64,000 nucleotides of DNA from Patescibacteria group bacterium. GTDB taxonomy: Bacteria > Patescibacteriota > Dojkabacteria > JAKAPS01 > JAJZLI01. Below the pieces are notes generated by a model. It was not told the DNA's origin and made no database searches. It saw only the letters and a program-made list of their open reading frames with translations. Of the stretch, positions 1-10,430 are shown one piece after another. Position 1 is the first letter of the stretch. The number at the start of each line of letters is the position of its first letter. Where the stretch lies: contig JAMCRT010000030.1 in the NCBI GenBank assembly GCA_023380695.1, positions 3,978 to 67,977 on the forward strand. Direction: 5' to 3'. The translations under genes and the position numbers were made by a program.

Positions 1-1016
1 ACATTAGAAAGTGCTTCATATTCTCTTTCTGGATCTATTATTATAATCTGTGTACCAAGCATTAATGATCTTAAAGCTTCCAATTTTACAAGATAACTTT
101 TCCCTGCACCTGATTTTGCAAAAATTACAGAATTTGCATTTTCCAGTTCAAATCTATCAAAAACAACTAAACTTTTATTTGCCTTATTTATACCATATAA
201 AACTCCTTTATCTGATGTAAGCTCAGAAGAAACAAATGGAAAAGTTGTGGCAATAGACGTTGTATCCATATTATGAGTGTAATATAGCTTATCGAAACAT
301 TCAGGAAGAGTACTCTGAAACCCTCCCTCCATCTGCAATGTTGTAGGTTTAATAATAAGAGACATAGCACCCAGAGTTGCTTCAAGATTTTTTGATATAT
401 CATTTAATTCCTCTATAGAATCTGCTTTAATTGTTATATATAGTGCAAAATGAAAATATCTTTCTGCACCTTTTGCCAAATCATCTTGAAGATTTTTTGC
501 ATCATCTAGAGCAACCTTCAAATTTGGATCTAATACTTTTCCAGAATCAATCATATTATTTGTAGTTGCTTCCATTTCAGCTATCTTTTTCCTTAACTGA
601 GAAAGTACTGCTACAGCAGATACAGGATAATAAAACATACTTATATCAATAGAATGTTCAAATGTAATAAGGGGAGATAGCCAATTTGGCACAACATATC
701 TTGGATATGCTAGAGCAAAATAAGTCTTGAAAAATTTCTCTCCTATTTTTATATATGAAAAATCAACTTCTATAGAAGGCGGTGCTATAAGATCTTTTAC
801 AGAATTTAAACCCTGTCTAAATGAAGTTAGCTCATCTTTATCTGTATTTATTGGTTGAGTATTTGCCTGTGCCTCAGATGCATTGGAAGGCCCAGTACTT
901 GCAGTGTTTTGATTCATATTAAGAATAACATTATCTTGAGAATTTACCTGCATATTTCCTTCTACAGCATTTGACGCTGAATTGTTTTTATTTGTATTTA
1001 AAAAAGGTAACTTCAT
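1..1016 (-). CDS. VirB4/TraE-like T4SS ATPase (3' part runs off window)
   Basis: Not in the ORF track; hand-translated from ATG at 1016 (ATGA overlap with upstream stop): ...DLIAPPSIEVDFSYIKIG...YPRYVVPNWLSPL...NMDTTSIATTFPF...FDRFELENANSVIFAKSGAGKSYLVKLEALR; Walker A AKSGAGKS at ~97-119. Confidence 0.88.
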   Translation of the reverse strand, partial: MKLPFLNTNKNNSASNAVEGNMQVNSQDNVILNMNQNTASTGPSNASEAQANTQPINTDKDELTSFRQGLNSVKDLIAPPSIEVDFSYIKIGEKFFKTYFALAYPRYVVPNWLSPLITFEHSIDISMFYYPVSAVAVLSQLRKKIAEMEATTNNMIDSGKVLDPNLKVALDDAKNLQDDLAKGAERYFHFALYITIKADSIEELNDISKNLEATLGAMSLIIKPTTLQMEGGFQSTLPECFDKLYYTHNMDTTSIATTFPFVSSELTSDKGVLYGINKANKSLVVFDRFELENANSVIFAKSGAGKSYLVKLEALRSLMLGTQIIIIDPEREYEALSN

Positions 1017-1696
1017 GATTGAGATGATACTATTGGAGATACAAAATCTTCTAAATCACCACTAAGCTTTGCACTCATAGGATTATATGCACTATAGAAA
1101 AGTTTAACAAGGTCTGATGTCGTAAGTTGTTTTGAATGAATTCCCATACGTGCTATTTGTTTAATTATATGATCTCTTCTTGGATATAATCTTACCTTTG
1201 CCTGAGATATTAAATTGTCAACATTACTTATACCAGGTTCCTTTCCAAAAAATTGCTTTACAAATGATGGTCTTTTAGGATTCCATGCAAGATAAGGAAT
1301 AATTATATAGAAATGCTTATCCAGCACATTATTTTTTACAATTAAATCCTTTATAAATTTTCTATAAATATCTATTTGGTATTTAATTTTTGGAGATGGC
1401 TGCTTAGCCTTGTATTCATCAATATGCTTAAGATACCTTGATATATCAATACTCTCAGTTCTAATTAAAACCTGTACATAAAAATTTAGAGAATTTAGTA
1501 GCCCTGCAAATGCATAAATTTTAGATTCTTGTTCTACATTAGATAACAAATAAAAATTTACAGCAGAAGTCTCCATTACAATACAAACATTGCCATTTTT
1601 TAAAACTATTAAATCATCCTTAATGTCTACAATATCTAAATGTTCTTGAGTTGTAGCAACAATTGGAACTTTTTTTGGGTCAGATAGAAATGCCAT
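1013..1696 (-). CDS. T4SS-associated protein resembling the VirB4/TraE N-terminal region
   Basis: TQEHLDIVDIKDDLIVLKNG...AVNFYLLSNVEQESKIYAFAGLLNSL motif; lies between PrgI and VirB4 with translational coupling. Confidence 0.7.
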   Translation of the reverse strand: MAFLSDPKKVPIVATTQEHLDIVDIKDDLIVLKNGNVCIVMETSAVNFYLLSNVEQESKIYAFAGLLNSLNFYVQVLIRTESIDISRYLKHIDEYKAKQPSPKIKYQIDIYRKFIKDLIVKNNVLDKHFYIIIPYLAWNPKRPSFVKQFFGKEPGISNVDNLISQAKVRLYPRRDHIIKQIARMGIHSKQLTTSDLVKLFYSAYNPMSAKLSGDLEDFVSPIVSSQS

Positions 1697-1698
1697 AA

Positions 1699-3537
1699 TT
1701 AATTCTCCACAGGCACAAAAATTAATGGATTGATTTTACTCCCATCTAAATTCAATCCAACTGCATTAAAAGCAATTCCAGGATATGTAACCTCCACATT
1801 ATATTGCCCATTTGCAAGTGGAGTACGTAAATAAAATTGACCTAATTGATTTGTTTTTACTGCCCGTATTGGTTTTGATGACGTATCTTTAATTATAACA
1901 ATTGCATTCGTAAGTATTTTACTATCATGTGTCAATACAATACCAGATACAACATTTGGAGTATTAACAAAATCAGGTAAATGATTTATCAACTCTTGCT
2001 GATTTACCACAGGTGCTTCATCTTCCAAAGATTCTTTATTCTTGCCCAAATCCTCACTTTCCAATTCTTCTTTTAATCTTCTATTTTCATCCTCTAGCGC
2101 TTTTATCTTATCTAAAATAGTATTCAATTGATTTTGAGAGCCAGAATTAGATACTGAATCATTTACCGTTGATGTAGAATCTTGTACTACATTATCAGTA
2201 GGTACTGCATTTGGAGTAGACATGTTCACTGTATCACTAGAATTATTCTGCACATTACCTGTATTCGAAATATTTGAAGAAGAATTGCTATTTAGCAAAT
2301 TTTGCATATTATTATCCGTTCCTTCAACATTCGTATTAGTACTGTTATTGCTTACACTAGAATTTATGGGTATTGTATTAGATGTGGGCATATTCCCTGT
2401 ACTACTAGAAGCATCCTGTACATTGTTGGCATCTGAAATATTTTGAGAAGGATTGCTATTTAGTGAACCTTGTACATCATTATCTGTTCCTCCAATATTT
2501 GAACTAGTATTATCATTATTTATACTAGGATCTATTGAGGGCGCCTGATTTGGTATTACATCCCGAGTACTTGGATTTAAAGTATCATTAATGTCTATCT
2601 GTGATGTAGTTGTCATATTACTCCTGATAGAATTTTGTGTATTATTATCATTAGTTTGTGGTGTTGTTCCCAAATTTGATACATTTGAATTACTAGCATT
2701 ACTATATACATCATTGATGTCTATATTAGCACTTTGTACTGGAGTAGCTGATATATTATTCTCATCTATTGGATTTTGAAAAGCAGGATTTGGTCCTCCT
2801 GAATTTAAAAGACTGACATCTTCTGATTTTAAATTACTATTATTCTCATTTAATAACTGACTGTTTATATTAATATTTGCGCTTTCTGCTACATCATTTT
2901 TAGCAATATCTTCATTTGTATCATTTATATCAAATGGATTATATTCGGTATTAGTATTTTGGCTATCCATACCACCAATGTTCCTTGCTACACTTCCTTG
3001 ATTGTTTTGCACAGATACTGTATTTGGAATAGTACTTGGTGATATATTAGCACTCCTTATAGCACTATCAATATTTTGCATCATCAATTTTTCTCTGTCA
3101 TCCAATTGAGAAGAAGATTTAGTATTATCTGAGTTAGAAATTGTAAAATCTGCAGGAGACTGATATAAGAAATTTGATGCCTCCCTATTAACATATGATG
3201 GAGTATTCCTTCTAGATATTTTTAATATATCTGGAATATCTGTACTTTTATTAAATACCCTTTGTGTTGGATTTTTTATTGATACAATAAAGTTTGTAAG
3301 AAAAGTATCTGCAGGTCTCCCGTCAATCGGAACAAACGCAAGAAACATTGCAAGAAGTAAAAATATTACAGTGAGTATTATTGTAAGAGAAGTATTTACA
3401 TGAAAAACATAAAACATAAACCCTATAAACAATGGAACCGCAATATATGCAAATTGTTTTAAAGACATATCTCCTATTAGTTTGAATTCTACACTCATTA
3501 TATTTTGAGGAATTGCGTGTTCTTTAGTCCCTTCCAT
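1699..3537 (-). CDS. PrgI-family membrane protein with long Asn/Ser-rich linker and C-terminal carboxypeptidase-regulatory-like domain
   Basis: N-terminus HAIPQNIMSVEFKLIGDMSLKQF, 2 TM helices and PIDGRP; low-complexity middle; C-terminal VSGIV...RAVKTNQLGQF. Confidence 0.8.
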   Translation of the reverse strand: MEGTKEHAIPQNIMSVEFKLIGDMSLKQFAYIAVPLFIGFMFYVFHVNTSLTIILTVIFLLLAMFLAFVPIDGRPADTFLTNFIVSIKNPTQRVFNKSTDIPDILKISRRNTPSYVNREASNFLYQSPADFTISNSDNTKSSSQLDDREKLMMQNIDSAIRSANISPSTIPNTVSVQNNQGSVARNIGGMDSQNTNTEYNPFDINDTNEDIAKNDVAESANININSQLLNENNSNLKSEDVSLLNSGGPNPAFQNPIDENNISATPVQSANIDINDVYSNASNSNVSNLGTTPQTNDNNTQNSIRSNMTTTSQIDINDTLNPSTRDVIPNQAPSIDPSINNDNTSSNIGGTDNDVQGSLNSNPSQNISDANNVQDASSSTGNMPTSNTIPINSSVSNNSTNTNVEGTDNNMQNLLNSNSSSNISNTGNVQNNSSDTVNMSTPNAVPTDNVVQDSTSTVNDSVSNSGSQNQLNTILDKIKALEDENRRLKEELESEDLGKNKESLEDEAPVVNQQELINHLPDFVNTPNVVSGIVLTHDSKILTNAIVIIKDTSSKPIRAVKTNQLGQFYLRTPLANGQYNVEVTYPGIAFNAVGLNLDGSKINPLIFVPVEN

Positions 3538-3695
3538 ATATATAAAGATAGCATAAATTACATTCTATTAAAAGAAAGCAAAATAGATAAAAATATTGCT
3601 AGTTAGTAGATAAAATACGATAATATCAACATATATATAAATTTTATATATATGATTTATTGCAATATTAAATTCTTAAAAATATAATAGAAAAG

Positions 3696-4562
3696 ATGAA
3701 AATGCAAAAAATCACAAAGGCCGTTATTGCTATTGCAGGATATGGTACAAGATTTCTTCCTGCAACAAAAGTACAGCCAAAAGAAATGCTTTCTATAATT
3801 GATAAACCAGTAATCCAATATATTGTAGAAGAATTAATAGACTCAGGAATAAAAGATATAATAATGGTAACAAGGGGCCAATATACTCTAGAGAGTCATT
3901 TTGATAATAATATAGATTTAGAAGTTTTCTTAGAAAAAAATAATAAAACAGAAATATTAAAAGAATTAATACAGCTTCCTAAAAAAGCAAACTATATCTA
4001 TGTAAGACAAAAGAAACATCTTCCCTATGGAAATGGTACTCCACTATTAGTTGCAAAAAATCTTATTAAAGATGAAGAAAATTTTGTATATGTTTTTGGA
4101 GATGACCTTGTAAAATCAAAAACTCCAGGTACAGCACAACTAATAGATTATTCCTATAAAAATCCCTCTAAAATAATAATTGCAACTCAAAATGTTGCAA
4201 AATCAGATGTATCTAAATATGGAATAGTAAAACTTGGTAAAGATAATAAAACTGTAGAAAATATAATTGAAAAACCCAAAATCGAAGATGCTCCAACAAC
4301 TCTTGCAACATTTGGAAGATTTATATTAAATAAAGAGGTAATAACAGAATTATCAAAGAAAAAAATTGGGAAAGATAGAGAATTATGGCTAATGGACGCA
4401 ATATCCACACTTGCAAAACAAAATAAAGTAATATCGTTAAATATTGAAGGATTATGGCTTACAACGGGAGATCCTCTCAATTTTATAATAACAACACTTG
4501 AGTATGCAAAAGATAGAAAAGACTTATGGGAAGGTATAAAAAAATATATAAATGGTATATGA
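3696..4562 (+). CDS. galU: UTP--glucose-1-phosphate uridylyltransferase
   Basis: KAVIAIAGYGTRFLPATKVQPKEML, GDD and IEKP motifs. Confidence 0.92.
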   Translation: MKMQKITKAVIAIAGYGTRFLPATKVQPKEMLSIIDKPVIQYIVEELIDSGIKDIIMVTRGQYTLESHFDNNIDLEVFLEKNNKTEILKELIQLPKKANYIYVRQKKHLPYGNGTPLLVAKNLIKDEENFVYVFGDDLVKSKTPGTAQLIDYSYKNPSKIIIATQNVAKSDVSKYGIVKLGKDNKTVENIIEKPKIEDAPTTLATFGRFILNKEVITELSKKKIGKDRELWLMDAISTLAKQNKVISLNIEGLWLTTGDPLNFIITTLEYAKDRKDLWEGIKKYINGI

Positions 4563-5940
4563 TAGTACTATGGAAAATGAAAATATACCATCAGCATTTA
4601 CTGAAAATATAATAAATAACCAAAATATAGAAAAGAAAAGAAAAAGACTATATATCATTTTTATTGTTATATTTGCTCTAATAATAATAATTGGAGTTTT
4701 TGCATTTCTCTACATAGGAGGATACATAAAACAAAAAACAGTAGTCCCAAATAAACATATCACACTTACAATGTGGGGAATAAGACAACCTCAGAGTGTA
4801 TATCAAAGTGTAATTAATGAATATGAGAAAGCAAATCCAAATGTTACAATTCAATATACACAGATCCCAGACAAATATTATTTAAGCACACTTTTCAATA
4901 AAGTGCGCTCTGGAGTTGCAGTTCCAGATATTATTACAATAGGAAACACATATCTTCCTTTATTTCAAAACTATCTTACACCAGCTCCTCAAAACATTAT
5001 AAATTTCGAAACATTTAAAAAAGAATTTTACCCTACCGCAGTAAGTGATCTTACAAATAATAGACAAATTTATGGACTACCACTAGAATATGACGGCCTT
5101 GCATTAATGTATAATAAACAAGAACTTACAGCAGCAGGATTTAGTAGGCCTTCAGAAAATTTTAATACATTTGTATCACAGATACCAAAACTTGTAGTAA
5201 AAAATAAAAATGGACAAGTTACACAAGCTGCAATAGATATAGGAACAAATACATCAAATATCTATAATGCATCAAATATCTTAACATACCTAATGTTTCT
5301 ATCTGGAACACAAATGACAACATCACACAGTGTCACCTTCGCAAATTCAGCATCAGGAACAGATGCATTGAATGTATACAACAATATAGCAAAGATATCA
5401 GGATGGAATAGCATATTTCCTTCTGCTGTATATGCATTTGCCAAAGGAGATGTAGCTATGATATTTGCGCCATCTTGGCAGATACAAAATATTCTAAATA
5501 TAAATCCATCTCTGAGTCTGGGAGTAGAAGAACCTCCTCAAATACCAGGAAAATCTGTAAACCTATCTTTGTACTTTGCAAAAGCAGTTCCAAGGGGAGC
5601 ATTGCATCCAAATAGTGCATGGAAATTTCTTGTATATCTTTCATCTAAAAATTCACTTTTAATGCTTTTTAAAAATGAACTGTCTGCAGGAGAAAAGATG
5701 GGAGAGACATTCCCAAGAATAGATATGGCAAACCTTGCATTAAATTACCCATACATGCAGGCTTTTACAGGAATGGCTCCTACTTCAAAATCTTGGCACA
5801 TAGGAGATTATATAGCAGTATCAAATATTTTTGATCAAGTGATTGAAGGTAAAATTACTCTAGTCCAGGCTCAAAGTGAAGTACTCTCAATATTAGTAAA
5901 AATTGCAAATGGGACATATTCTATCCCTCCAGGAGAATAA
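4552..5940 (+). CDS. Membrane-anchored extracellular (sugar-type) solute-binding protein
   Basis: N-terminal TM helix; ITLTMWG...YEKANPNVTI, IYGLPL...LMYNK, FAKGDVAMIF, AWKFL. Confidence 0.8.
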   Translation: MVYDSTMENENIPSAFTENIINNQNIEKKRKRLYIIFIVIFALIIIIGVFAFLYIGGYIKQKTVVPNKHITLTMWGIRQPQSVYQSVINEYEKANPNVTIQYTQIPDKYYLSTLFNKVRSGVAVPDIITIGNTYLPLFQNYLTPAPQNIINFETFKKEFYPTAVSDLTNNRQIYGLPLEYDGLALMYNKQELTAAGFSRPSENFNTFVSQIPKLVVKNKNGQVTQAAIDIGTNTSNIYNASNILTYLMFLSGTQMTTSHSVTFANSASGTDALNVYNNIAKISGWNSIFPSAVYAFAKGDVAMIFAPSWQIQNILNINPSLSLGVEEPPQIPGKSVNLSLYFAKAVPRGALHPNSAWKFLVYLSSKNSLLMLFKNELSAGEKMGETFPRIDMANLALNYPYMQAFTGMAPTSKSWHIGDYIAVSNIFDQVIEGKITLVQAQSEVLSILVKIANGTYSIPPGE

Positions 5941-5944
5941 ATAT

Positions 5945-7612
5945 ATGGATATAAAGGAACTGTTAATAGAAAATAATTATCTTACACCACAACAATATGA
6001 AGCTTTAGAACAAAAAGCTAAACAAATTTCAAGCTCAATAGATGAACTTCTAATATCTCAAAATATAATAACAGAAGATCAATTAGGCGCTTTGATTGAA
6101 AAGAAATACTCTATTCCTTTTATCAATCTAAGTAATGTAGCAATAAATCCGGAAATAATAAAAATAATACCTGAAAAAACCTCCCTTACAAAAAAAATAG
6201 TAGCATTTGAAAAAACAGTATCTACTCTAAAAATTGGAATGGTAAACCCAAGAGATATAAATACAATAGAATTTATAAAGAAAGGTACAGGATATAATAT
6301 TGACCCATACTATATAACAGAAAAATCATTCTATGAAGCATTAAAATTTTATAAAACTTCAATAAAGGAAGAATTAAAAGATTTAATAGAAAAAACAACT
6401 AAAGATGTAAAAAATATTGGGGAGAATGACACAGAAGCACTGCCAATAATAAAAATAACAGACAAGATTTTTGAATATGCAAATACAATGGGAGCATCAG
6501 ATATACACATAGAACCTCAAGAAAAAGATGCAATAATTAGATACAGAATAGACGGTATATTACATGATCAAGCTACCCTTTCTACACATATATATCAGGC
6601 AGTAATTGCAAGAATAAAAATACTGGCAAATTTAAAAATTGATGAACATAGACTTCCTCAAGATGGAAGATTTAAAACAAAAATAAATGATCTTGATATA
6701 TCTTTTAGAGTCTCTATTATGCCTGTATATTATGGAGAAGTAGTGGTGGCAAGATTGCTTGAAAGTAGTGCCAAGGAATACTCTTTAGATGTCCTAGGTT
6801 TCACAGATAGAGATCTTAGTGTTGTATCAGACTCTATAAAGAAAACTGTTGGAATGATACTAGTTACAGGACCCACAGGCTCTGGAAAAAGTACAACTTT
6901 GTACACAATGCTATCTTTAGTCAATAATCCTGAAGTTAATATTGATACAATAGAAGATCCAATTGAATATAGCATGACAAGAATAAATCAAACTCAAATA
7001 GCTCCACAAATTGGACTTACATTTGCATCAGGTCTTAGAGCATTTCTAAGACAAGACCCTGATATTTTGATGGTAGGAGAAATACGAGACAATGAGACTG
7101 CAGATATTGCAGTAAATGCTGCAATGACAGGACATCTTGTATTATCAACATTACACACAAACAATGCAATTGGGGCAATACCAAGACTCCTAGATATGGG
7201 AGTAGAACCATTTCTTGTATCATCAACTCTAAACCTTATTATTGCGCAAAGGTTAGTTAGGAAACTTTGTAATTCATGTAAAGAAAAATATACTTTGGAT
7301 AAGAAATTACTGGCAGTACTAAAATCACAAATGACAAAAATGGGTATATCTATAAACTTTGATGTAAAAAACCTATTTAAAGCTAAAGGATGTCAGTACT
7401 GTTCAAATGGATATAAAGGAAGAATAGGAATATATGAGGTTATAGAGGTTGATGATATAATCAAGGGAATGATATCAAGAAATGAGAACATAAATGAAAT
7501 AGAAAAAATTGCAAAGAAAAATGGAATGACATTGATGATGGAAGATGGAATTAAAAAAGCAATGAATGGCATTACCTCAATTGAAGAAGTACTACGAGTT
7601 ACTAAAGAATAA
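5945..7612 (+). CDS. pilB: Type IV pilus/T2SS assembly ATPase PilB/GspE
   Basis: ASDIHIEP, GPTGSGKSTT, TIEDPIEY, LRQDPDILMVGEIRD, HTN, two CxxC motifs; start adjusted to MDIK. Confidence 0.93.
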   Translation: MDIKELLIENNYLTPQQYEALEQKAKQISSSIDELLISQNIITEDQLGALIEKKYSIPFINLSNVAINPEIIKIIPEKTSLTKKIVAFEKTVSTLKIGMVNPRDINTIEFIKKGTGYNIDPYYITEKSFYEALKFYKTSIKEELKDLIEKTTKDVKNIGENDTEALPIIKITDKIFEYANTMGASDIHIEPQEKDAIIRYRIDGILHDQATLSTHIYQAVIARIKILANLKIDEHRLPQDGRFKTKINDLDISFRVSIMPVYYGEVVVARLLESSAKEYSLDVLGFTDRDLSVVSDSIKKTVGMILVTGPTGSGKSTTLYTMLSLVNNPEVNIDTIEDPIEYSMTRINQTQIAPQIGLTFASGLRAFLRQDPDILMVGEIRDNETADIAVNAAMTGHLVLSTLHTNNAIGAIPRLLDMGVEPFLVSSTLNLIIAQRLVRKLCNSCKEKYTLDKKLLAVLKSQMTKMGISINFDVKNLFKAKGCQYCSNGYKGRIGIYEVIEVDDIIKGMISRNENINEIEKIAKKNGMTLMMEDGIKKAMNGITSIEEVLRVTKE

Positions 7613-8326
7613 ATGAAAGAAGAATTCAAACTATCAAATACAGATAGAATATTAATAGTATCGCCACATCCTGATGACGAAACTCTATGTGCAGGTGGAT
7701 TAATTCAAAGAATAGCAAACTCTAAAATACCAATAAAAATAATTTTCATGACAAACGGAGATAGATTCATATCAAGTTTTAAATTTGATACTCCTTTTAA
7801 AAGAATAAATACTGAAAATCTGCTTGATTTTGGAAAAAAAAGACAAAGAGAGGCAATTTCTGCACTAAATATTTTAGGAATAGATAAAAAAGATATCATC
7901 TTCTTATCATTGCCAGATAAAGCTATAAAAGGACTATATCTAAAAAATGAAATCAACTCACTTATAAATATATTAAATTCTTTCAATCCAACAAAAATAG
8001 TATATCCTACAGAAATTGACAGACACAAAGATCATAAATTTACATCTCTGATTGTAAAAAAATATCTTTCCCTAGAAAACCTAAATCCAGAGAAATATAC
8101 TTATCTTACACATCATAAATTATGGCCGATATTTCAAAATAAAAAAAATATATATCCCCCTAAAACTCTTTCAGGCAATACATGGGTAAATCTATATCTT
8201 TCAGAAAGTGAAAAACACATTAAAAGTGAGGCTCTCTCTCAATATAAAACACAAAAAAAATTAACATTTCCATTTTTTAAAGCATTTGAAAAAAACAATG
8301 AACTGTTTATAAAAGAGAAAGATTAA
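7613..8326 (+). CDS. PIG-L family deacetylase
   Basis: SPHPDDETL, MTNGD, HKDH motifs. Confidence 0.85.
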   Translation: MKEEFKLSNTDRILIVSPHPDDETLCAGGLIQRIANSKIPIKIIFMTNGDRFISSFKFDTPFKRINTENLLDFGKKRQREAISALNILGIDKKDIIFLSLPDKAIKGLYLKNEINSLINILNSFNPTKIVYPTEIDRHKDHKFTSLIVKKYLSLENLNPEKYTYLTHHKLWPIFQNKKNIYPPKTLSGNTWVNLYLSESEKHIKSEALSQYKTQKKLTFPFFKAFEKNNELFIKEKD

Positions 8327-8422
8327 ATTAATTAATATTATGTTAATATACTACCAACATTTTTCTTTGTTATTATTGTCATTTTAATTGTCTATAAATT
8401 CACACACTGTTTTATAATTTCA

Positions 8423-8638
8423 ATGTTATTTTTTAAATCATTGAATAAATTAAATAATTTAACGAATGACATTTTTTTATTACAAAGTATTGATGATCCA
8501 ATTGTTCCAGTAACAAATGCCCAAAAATATCACAAAGAATTATCTAATTCCAAAGTTATAATGTTCAAAGATAAAGGTCATTTTAATCAAAACACATTTC
8601 CTGAACTTGAAAGACTAATACGTAAACTATATGTGTAA
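8423..8638 (+). pseudogene. 3' fragment of RBBP9/YdeN-type alpha/beta hydrolase
   Basis: QSIDDPIVP...KGHFNQNTFPEL (catalytic Asp/His) without N-terminal half; a second diverged copy of the tail at ~8866-8915. Confidence 0.6.
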
Positions 8639-8922
8639 GTGAAATTAATTTCTGCGCTAAATATTTTAGTCACTTATTTTAAGATAAAATCAATTCCAAA
8701 ATTTATTGAACAAGCTAGAAAGCTTACAATATATTTATGTAAACATAATCACCAAGATTAGTTCCCGTAAATAGTGCTAAAAACAGGAATGAAGTCCCGT
8801 AATTAATACTAGAATCAGACGTATGATACCAAAATTAATACAAAGTTCAGTTCTAGAAAACATAAGGTCATTTTACGCAAACTGCATTTCCTGAATTCGA
8901 AAAACTAATATATAATAAATGC

Positions 8923-9960
8923 ATGCATATATACTTTTCTACGTTCATAACAGGGCTATCTGATATTATAGAGAAAGAATTAAAAGAAAAAATAGAAGAT
9001 GTATCAATTAAATTAATACAAGACACATTTATCATATATGAAACGAGTGTCCCAAAAGATAGAATTACATCTCTTCGTTTTTTTAATAATACATTTGTAC
9101 TTGTAAAAACATTCAAAACTATTGATACTAGTACAAAAGCAATTAATAAAATAATAAAAGAAACTATAAATGATCAAGAGTTTTTTCATCATTTAAACAA
9201 AAATATCCCAAAAAAGAAAAATAGTTTTCGTATTGTTATATCAGTAGATAATCAAATGGTTAGTCCTGATAAAAATGTTTTATATAAACTAGAAAATAAA
9301 ATTAGTGAAAAATTAAATATGCAGATTCATAGATCTCTACCTGATGTTGAACTCTGGTATTTTATAAGAAGAGAAGGTAATGCATACTTTGGAGTTAGAC
9401 TAACAACACACACTGAATATACAAAAATCCTTAATAAAGGAGAACTACACCCAGAACTTGCAAACATACTCTGTTATTTATCTGAGCCCTCAAAGACAGA
9501 TATATTTCTAGATCCTTTTGCAGGATCAGGCGCAATACCTATTGAGAGAGCTATAGCTTTTCCATATAACAAAATTATTGCAGGAGATTACAGCATACAT
9601 GTTATAAAAACCTTAAAAATTAAAACAAATAAAGTAAAAAAAATTATTGAAGTTAAAAAAGTAGATGCCTTAACTATGAGTAACTTTAAAGATAAAACTA
9701 TAAACAAAATTGTTACTGATCCACCATGGGGAATTAATATAGGAAAAGAACTTGATCTTGAATATTTTTACAGAACTATGCTTCAAGAATTTTATAGAAT
9801 TCTAAAAATAAATGGAATTATCGTTATATTGATAGGAAAGAAAGATATATTTGAAAATGTATTATTAGAATTTAGTAACCAATTACAACTTAAACAACAA
9901 TATAACATATTGGTTTCTGGGAAAAAGGCAGGCATATATAAATTACGAAAATATATATAA
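8923..9960 (+). CDS. SAM-dependent RNA methyltransferase (UPF0020/Trm11-RlmL-like)
   Basis: GELHPELA, FLDPFAGSGAIPIE, IVTDPPWG. Confidence 0.8.
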   Translation: MHIYFSTFITGLSDIIEKELKEKIEDVSIKLIQDTFIIYETSVPKDRITSLRFFNNTFVLVKTFKTIDTSTKAINKIIKETINDQEFFHHLNKNIPKKKNSFRIVISVDNQMVSPDKNVLYKLENKISEKLNMQIHRSLPDVELWYFIRREGNAYFGVRLTTHTEYTKILNKGELHPELANILCYLSEPSKTDIFLDPFAGSGAIPIERAIAFPYNKIIAGDYSIHVIKTLKIKTNKVKKIIEVKKVDALTMSNFKDKTINKIVTDPPWGINIGKELDLEYFYRTMLQEFYRILKINGIIVILIGKKDIFENVLLEFSNQLQLKQQYNILVSGKKAGIYKLRKYI

Positions 9961-9995
9961 GTTGCTAATAAAATATTTCTTACTAATTATATCTT

Positions 9996-10367
9996 TTATG
10001 CACTACCTATATCAGATGTAGATGCAGGTATATCTATATAAACCTGTTTCCACCTACCCCAAGGAAAAACTGGAAATCCTCCCATTACTAATACTGGATT
10101 TCCAAACTTATCACGATGGCAAGCCAATGGGCCCCCCAAATTTCTATACATTCTATTCAACACTAATAATATACACAATAAAACTATACCAATAAACCAA
10201 CCCAGTCCCCATCCTACCAACATATCTAAGCCCCAAATAATAGGAAAAATGAGTATCCATAAGACAAATAATATTATAGCAAAGTAGCGCAATGTATGCA
10301 GTGAATATCGCGACGTACCTTTACGGGTTACATAACGAAGATCTATAGGTTTCTCATTCTTATTCAT
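9996..10367 (-). CDS. Hypothetical two-TM membrane protein
   Basis: 123-aa ORF with two hydrophobic helices; TTGAC-like promoter upstream. Confidence 0.55.
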   Translation of the reverse strand: MNKNEKPIDLRYVTRKGTSRYSLHTLRYFAIILFVLWILIFPIIWGLDMLVGWGLGWFIGIVLLCILLVLNRMYRNLGGPLACHRDKFGNPVLVMGGFPVFPWGRWKQVYIDIPASTSDIGSA

Positions 10368-10430
10368 ATAAAAATATTATTAACATAGACATTGAGCTTC
10401 GTCAATACTAATAATTATAAATCTATAATA

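Noticed and set aside
3630-3654. Palindrome catatatataaattttatatatatg
   Set aside because: Low-complexity AT sequence; cannot be distinguished from chance.
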